Assembly (NCBI GenBank): GCA_014905635.1
Contig: JABVCE010000008.1
Coordinates: forward strand, 806,001 to 870,000
Source of the DNA: Scenedesmus sp. PABB004
Taxonomy: Eukaryota
Reading direction: 5' to 3'
Length of the DNA stretch: 64,000 bases
How positions within the stretch are numbered: position 1 is the first letter of the stretch; the number at the start of each line of letters is the position of its first letter. The notes beneath the pieces were generated by a model. That model ran no database searches, was not told where the DNA came from, and saw only the letters and a program-made list of their open reading frames with translations. Positions 58,279 to 64,000 of the stretch are shown in pieces. The position numbers and the translations under genes were made by a program.

Positions 58279-59404
58279 TCACCCATTTGCCGCCGCGTTG
58301 ACGCGCCGCGCGGCCGCGCGGTAGTGGTCCACCAGGTGCGGCTGCTCAAAGCGCTGCGCCACCGCCTCAACGGCGGCCTCCGGCAGCAGCGACGATGGCG
58401 CCCTGCGGGCCGCGACGGGCGGCCGCCGGCTCGGCGGCGCGCGGGGGAGCGACGCCCCGCGTGGGCGCGGGGCCGCCGCGGCGCGGGCCCGCACCTCGCG
58501 GCGTGCTGCGCCAGCTGCCCCAGCTGCTCGTCCGGCACCCACGTCGGCAGCGGCAGCCCCGACCGCTGCTCCAGCGCCGCGTCGAGCGCCTGCTGCAGCC
58601 GCGGCGCGTCCGCCGCCAGCGCCGCGGCCCAGCTGCCCGGCCGCAGCGCGCCCGCTGGCAGCGCCGCAAACTGCGCGGCCAGCCGCGCACGCTGCGCGTC
58701 GCTGGCCAGCTGCATCGCCTCGCCCAGCGCGCGCGCGCCTGCGGGCACAGGGCGCGGGCAGGGTCAGGTCGCCGTCCGGTCGGCCCCCGGCGCAGCCGCC
58801 GCGCCGCCGCCGCACCCCTGCCGGCCGAGTAGTTTGCGGCGACGCGCCAGAGCGTGTAGTAGATGGTCACGTTCGGCAGGGGCAGCGGGATGAGCGGGAC
58901 CTGCTCGCCGCGGCGCGGCGCGGAGCGGCGCTCAGGGCGCGGTCTCCGGCGTGGACCGGCCGCGTCGGTCTTCGGCGCGCCGCGCGGCGCGCGCACCTGC
59001 GGCAGCATGGCCAGCGCCCAGACGCGCAGGCGGCTCGCGTGGAACGGCGCCGCCCGGGCGGCCAGCAGGCGCAGGCGCCGCCGCACGAGGCGCTCGGGGG
59101 CGGACGCGGCGAACGTGACCACCAGCGCGTCTGCGCTCTGCGGCAGCGCCTTGAGAAAGGTCTCTGCAGGGTCCACGCGCGCCTGCGCGGCCTGCGCCAG
59201 CTTGAAGATGCGGCCGTTGATGCTGCCCGGCGGCGCGGTCTCGAAGCGCCGCCACGCCTTGTGGACCTGCTCGCTCAGCAGCCGCTGCGCGGCGGCGCGC
59301 AGGCCGCCGCTCTGCGCCGGCTGCGGCGGCGCCGTCGTCCACGCGTGCCAGAGCCAGGGGCCGCGCCGCTGCAGGGGCAGCGCGAGGATGCGCGCGCAGG
59401 ACAT
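58279..59404 (-). CDS. Mitochondrial K+/H+ exchange-related (Mit_KHE1-like) family protein, multi-exon
   Basis: Segments MSCARILALPL, KAWRRFETAPPGSINGRIFKL..RVDPAETFLKALP and PLIPLPLPNVTIYYTLWR match this family's pattern. Confidence 0.7.
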
Positions 59405-59752
59405 GGTTGGGCGGGCGCCCGAGCGCACGACAGGTGGCGCGTGCCAGCAGCGGCGCGGCAGCGGCGTCGCGTGCGCCCGGCAGCGGCGTGGCGGGGGCAG
59501 CGGCTCCACCGTGCGGTTGTGGGGCCGCTGCGCGGAGGGCGCGGCCTGGCATTGAGGCTCGACTCGTTGAGCCCTCGCCGCCGCTGCGCCCGGCAAACTG
59601 CCGCCTTCTCGCCCCCCTGCAGCCGCTCCGCCCTCATTGCTCCTGATCGCGCCGCTGCTTGCCCTGCCACCGCTCCGCCCGCCTGCGACGAGCAGCGCAC
59701 GCCAGGGCAGCGCGCCGGCCGCTGCTGCGCAGCCGCGCTGCCGCCGGGCGGC

Positions 59753-60392
59753 ATGGCGCACCAGCGCCCCCACCACAACCCGCACCCCGCGGTCAAGGGC
59801 TACCTGGTCCTCTACAACCTCGCCCAGGCCGCGGGCTGGTCGCTCTGCCTCGCGGCGCTCGCCGCCGCGGCGGCGCGCGGCGAGGACGTGCGCGGGCAGT
59901 TTGCCGCGGGCGCGCCGTACGCGCGTGAGTGCGCCGGGGCCGCCGCGGCGGCGGCGGCGGCGGCGGCGGCGGCCTGGCGGCGGCCGCGCGGGGTCCGGCC
60001 GCCGCGGGCGCAGCCGCGGGCGCCGGGCCGTGCGCGGAGCGCCCGCCCGCCTGCCGCGCGGCGCGCAGGCTGGCTGCAGTTTGCGGCGTTTGCTGAGATC
60101 CTGCACGCCGGCACGGGTGAGCGCGGCCGGCCGGGGGCGCGAGCGGGGGCGCCGGCGCCGCGCACACACGCACGCCGATCGTCGCCCGCCCGCCCCGCGC
60201 GTGCGCAGGCATCGTGCCCAGCAGCCCGATCAGCAACTTTTGGCAGTGGCTGGGCCGTGCCAACGCGCTGTTCAAGTTTGCGGTCGGCATCCCAGAGGTG
60301 CGGGCGCGGCGGCGGCGGCGGCGGCGGCGGCGGCGTGTGGGGCTTTGTTTGGGCGCTGCTCGAGCCAGCGGCAGGTCGCTGTCGCTTCGAAC

Positions 60393-60423
<31 letters not shown>

Positions 60424-61419
60424 GCAGCTGCAGTCGGACCCTTGCGCCGTGGTCATGCTCGCGTGCTGGTCCATCGGCGAGGTGCGCCGCCGCGCGCGCC
60501 TGGCTGGCGCTGCCGCCGCAGCGTCCGCGGCCGACGCGCCGCGCGCACGCGCGCCGCCGTCGGCGCTGCCGCATTGGCCCCTTGTGCCCCGCCCCCCCCC
60601 CCCCCTGCCGCCCTCCCAGATGATTCGCTACCCCTGGTACGCCCTCACCCTGCTCGACGCCTGCCCGCACTGGCTCACCTGGCTGCGGTGAGCGCGCCCG
60701 GCCCGGCGCCGCCCGCCGCGCCCTCCCCCGCGCCCCCGCGCTCTCCTCCGCCCCCCCCCCCCGCGCCGCGCCGCGCCCTCCCCCGCGCCGCCGCGCCCGC
60801 CCCGCGCCGCGCCGCGCCCTCCCCCGCTGCGCACGCGCGCCCGCCCGCGCCGCGCCGCGCCCTCCCCCGCGCCGCCGCGCCCGCGCCGCGCCGCGCCGCG
60901 CTCTCCCCGCGCCGCGCACGCGCGCACCGCGCACGCCCGCGCCCGCCCGCCCGCCCTGCCCGCCCGCTGGTGCTCCGCCCAGGTACACCGCCTTCCTCGC
61001 CCTCTACCCCGCGGGCGTGGTCGCGGAGATGGCGCTGCTCTGGCGCGGCGTGCCGCTCGTGCGCACGCGCGGGCTCTACTCCGTGGCCCTGCCCAACGCC
61101 TGGAACTGGGCCTGGGACTACGCGCGATTCATCGAGGCGCGACGCTTGGGGCTTGCGCTGGGGCGGCCGCGCGCCGCGCCGCGCCGCGGCTGCGTGGCGT
61201 GCTGGGCTGCCGCGCCAGGGCGGCCGCGCCAGGGCGGCCGCGCCGCCGACCGCGCCGCCGCCGTGCGCCCGCGTGTCCCCCCAGGTGATGCTGGTGCTCT
61301 ACCCTTACTTGTGGTGGGGCAACTTCAGCAGCCTGCTGCGCCAGCGCGGGAAGCGGCTCGGCCGCGGCGGCGCGGGCGCTGCCGCTGCTGCCGCCGGCGC
61401 GCGCGCCAAGGAGGAGTGA
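59753..61419 (+). CDS. PAS2: Very-long-chain 3-hydroxyacyl-CoA dehydratase (HACD/PASTICCINO2, PTPLA family), multi-exon
   Basis: Segments YLVLYNLAQAAGW, LQFAAFAEILH, WSIGE|MIRYPWY, WLTWLR|YTAFLALYPAGVVAE and a basic tail RQRGKRL. Confidence 0.9.
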
Positions 61420-61787
61420 GGTATGCCGGGGTTACCCTCGCGCCCGCGAGTGCGCGAGCTCTCTGCGTTGGTGGCGGCGAGACGCCCTGCAGGGCCACAC
61501 CGCGCGCAGGCAGCCGGTGGCGGCAAGAGAGTCGGGACCGCCGCGGCCGGACGGATCCGAGCAGCTTCAACAGCAGCGGCACGTCGTCGCCGGGAAAACC
61601 GCCGCCGCCGATCGCAAACGCTCGAAGATTGAGTTCAAGTCGCGCCCAGCCTCACACAGATGCAAATGCAGCGACACACACACGTTGGCGCGACGGGGCA
61701 CCAACTGGCGGCGGTGGCGGCGGCGGCGCTGGCCGGCAGCGCCGCGCGCGCGCCCGCGGCGGTCGCCCCTGCGCGCAGCGCAGCCGC

Positions 61788-63661
61788 CTAGGGCTCGCGG
61801 GCGGCGGCCTCCTCGGCGGCCTCCTCCTCCGCGGCGACGGCGCCGGCCAGCAGGTCCAGCGCGGCCACGGCGTCCTGCTCCGCCGCGCCCGCGGCCGGCT
61901 CCGCCGCGCCCTGCTGCGCCTGGGCGCCCGCCGCCAGCTGCGACGGGGCCAGCTGCGCCTCTCCGGCAGCGGCCGCCACCGCCGCCGCTGCCGCTGCCGC
62001 AGCCGCGGCCACGACGGCCGCGGGGTCCGCCAGCTGCTGGCTCGCGCCCGCCCCGCCCGGCGGCGGCGTCGCAGCAGCGGCGCGGCAGCGGCTGCGGCGG
62101 CGGCCACGACCAGGGGGTCAGCCGCCGCGCCGCCCGCGCCCACGGGCACGCCCAGCTCTGCCGCCGCCGCAGCTGCGGCAGCCGCGGCAGCCGCGGCGGC
62201 GGCCGCCAGCCCCGGCGTCGCGGCGCGCTCCTCCTCCGCCGCCGCGGCCGCCGCGGCGACCGCCAGCAGCGGCGTCGCCGCGCGCTGCATGCCGGCGGCC
62301 AGCCCCGGCGTCGCGGCGCGCTCCTCCTCCGCCGCCGCGGCCGCCGCGGCGACCGCCAGCAGCGGCGTCGCCGCGCGCTGCATGCCGGCGGCCATCGCGG
62401 CGGCCGCCGCTGCCGCGGCCGCGTCCCCGGCGGCGCCGCCTTGGCCCAGGAGCTCGAGCAGCGGCGGCGTGCGCGACAGCAGGCCCGCCCAGCTGCCCTG
62501 CATGTCTGACAGCGCCGCCGCGAGCTGCGCGCCGCCGAGCCCCTCCGGCGTGGCCGCCCTGAAGAGCGTCGCCAGGTCAGCGAGCCCCAGGGGCGTGGGC
62601 GGCCGCGCCTCGTGCAGCTGCAGCGCCGCGGCGATGCCCGGGTCCATGCCAGCGTCCCCCGCCCGGCTGGGCGGCTTGCCCCCGCCGCGGCTGGGCGGGC
62701 GGTGCGGGTCGGCCGGCAGCGGCGGCAGCGGCGGCGTGCCTGCGGCGCGGCGGCGGCGGCGGCGCCGGGCAGCGGGCGGGTCGGGGAGGGTTGACCGCTC
62801 GCTGCCGGCGCCGGACCCGAGGCGGGCCCGCCGCGCGAGCACCTAGCAGCGCCGCCGCTGTGCGCGCGGCGCTCACCAGAGGGCAGGCCACCAAAGAGAG
62901 GCATGAGCAGCCCGCCCAGCGCGTGCTCGCTGGCCAGGCCCTGCACGAGCGGTTGGGGCTGTCCGCGCCGACCCTGCGCCACCGCGGGTGGGCGGCGGCG
63001 GGGTCAGTGCCGTTGGGCGCAGGCGGCGCGCGAGCGCGCGCCGCAGCCCCCCCCCCCCCACCTCCCTCCCAGCGCGCCGCGCCGGCCGCGCGCACCGGTG
63101 CGCCGCCACCAGCTCCTCGCCGTCGCCCGACGCGCGGCGCGGGCCGGCGCCGCCGGCCGCCCGCGCGACGGCGGCGCGCCGCAGCATCGTGGACGGGTGG
63201 TGCTGCTGCGCCCCCGGCGCCTGCTGCTCCAGCTTGACAGCCGCCGGCTGCGGCCCCGAGCCCCAGTCCGGCGGCTGCTCGCCGCCGGCGGGCCGGGCGC
63301 TGTTCTTCCGGGCCACGCTGCGCTGCACCAGCGCCGGCGGCCCGCCGCCGTTGGCGGCGGCGTGCTCGGGCCTGCCCTCGGCGCCCTCGCCCGCCTCGCC
63401 GCCCTGCCACTTGGGGTGGCCCGGCAGCACGGCCGCGGGGTGGTGGCGCCCGGCCCCGCTCGGGCCGGCCGCCGCGCCCTCGCCGCCCTCCGGCGGCTCG
63501 CCCGCGCCCGCGCCGCCGCCCGCCAGGGCGGGCAGGCCGCGGCCCCACTTCTCGGCCGCCTCGCGCGAGCGCCGCGGCGCGCCGCCGGCGCCCCGCTGGC
63601 GCTTGTTCACCTGCAGGGAGCCCTGCAGGTACAGCAGCAGCACCGGGTCAATGTCCACCAG

Positions 63662-63694
<33 letters not shown>

Positions 63695-64000
63695 GGCGCC
63701 GCCGCCGCCGGCGGCGTGCGGCGCCAGGCCGTTGCCGAGGCCCGCCCAGCCCGCGGGCGGCGCGTGCCCGCCGGCCGCCCACGCGGGCTCGCCGCCGCCG
63801 CCGCCGCCCTGCGTGCCCTCGCCGGACAGCGCCGACGGCGGGCGCAGCCCCGCCGACATGGCCGCCAGGTTCTCCGCCGCGACGAGCGCGCCGCTGCTGC
63901 CGTGCGCGGCGGCGAGGCCCTTGCCGCCGCCGGGCCCCGGGCCGCGGCTGCTGCCCAGCTGCTCGCCCTCCGCCGGCGCGCCGCCGGGCACGTCCACGCG
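61788..64000 (-). CDS. Hypothetical low-complexity protein, 3' part only (continues beyond the window)
   Basis: Coding-like frames 62873-63997 and 61652-62842, GT-AG introns, and a final frame ending AEEAAAREP* at 61788. No domain recognised. Confidence 0.5.
62205..62390. repeat. Perfect in-frame 93-bp tandem duplication (31 aa, AGMQRAATPLLAV...EEERAATPGL)
   Basis: Copies at 62205-62297 and 62298-62390. Confidence 0.9.

Overview
This is eukaryotic nuclear DNA of very high GC content (roughly 75-80% by eye). It is gene-dense, with short GC-rich spliceosomal introns. The gene set (plastid MinE, plastid-targeted PurH, flagellar I1 dynein IC138/WDR78, plant-type CCCH tandem zinc finger, PAS2/HACD) points to a chlorophyte green alga, probably Chlorophyceae (inference). 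About 20 host genes can be read once introns are allowed for, and most long ORFs in the supplied track are GC-driven shadow frames. Two accessory loci stand out. (1) A roughly 7.2 kb minus-strand gene (57512->50285), with no internal intron evident, encodes a very large Fanzor1-type protein (eukaryotic TnpB/Cas12-like RNA-guided nuclease). It has an intact RuvC D-E-D triad, a C4 zinc finger, large low-complexity insertions and an N-terminal extension with a PAM2-like motif. A compact multi-hairpin element follows it directly and is a candidate omegaRNA (about 50085-50210). No transposase is visible. (2) A roughly 12 kb gene (45083->32877) encodes an NLR-like STAND protein with the order myristoylation motif, SAM, MLKL-like 4-helix bundle, EF-hand-like region, degenerate NB-ARC, TPRs and a long disordered tail. 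Also notable are a cytidylyltransferase-GHMP kinase fusion, many GC-AG introns, a local gene duplication flanking AIDA, and apparent frameshifts at simple-sequence runs that may be assembly errors. All protein identities come from manual motif recognition, not database searches.
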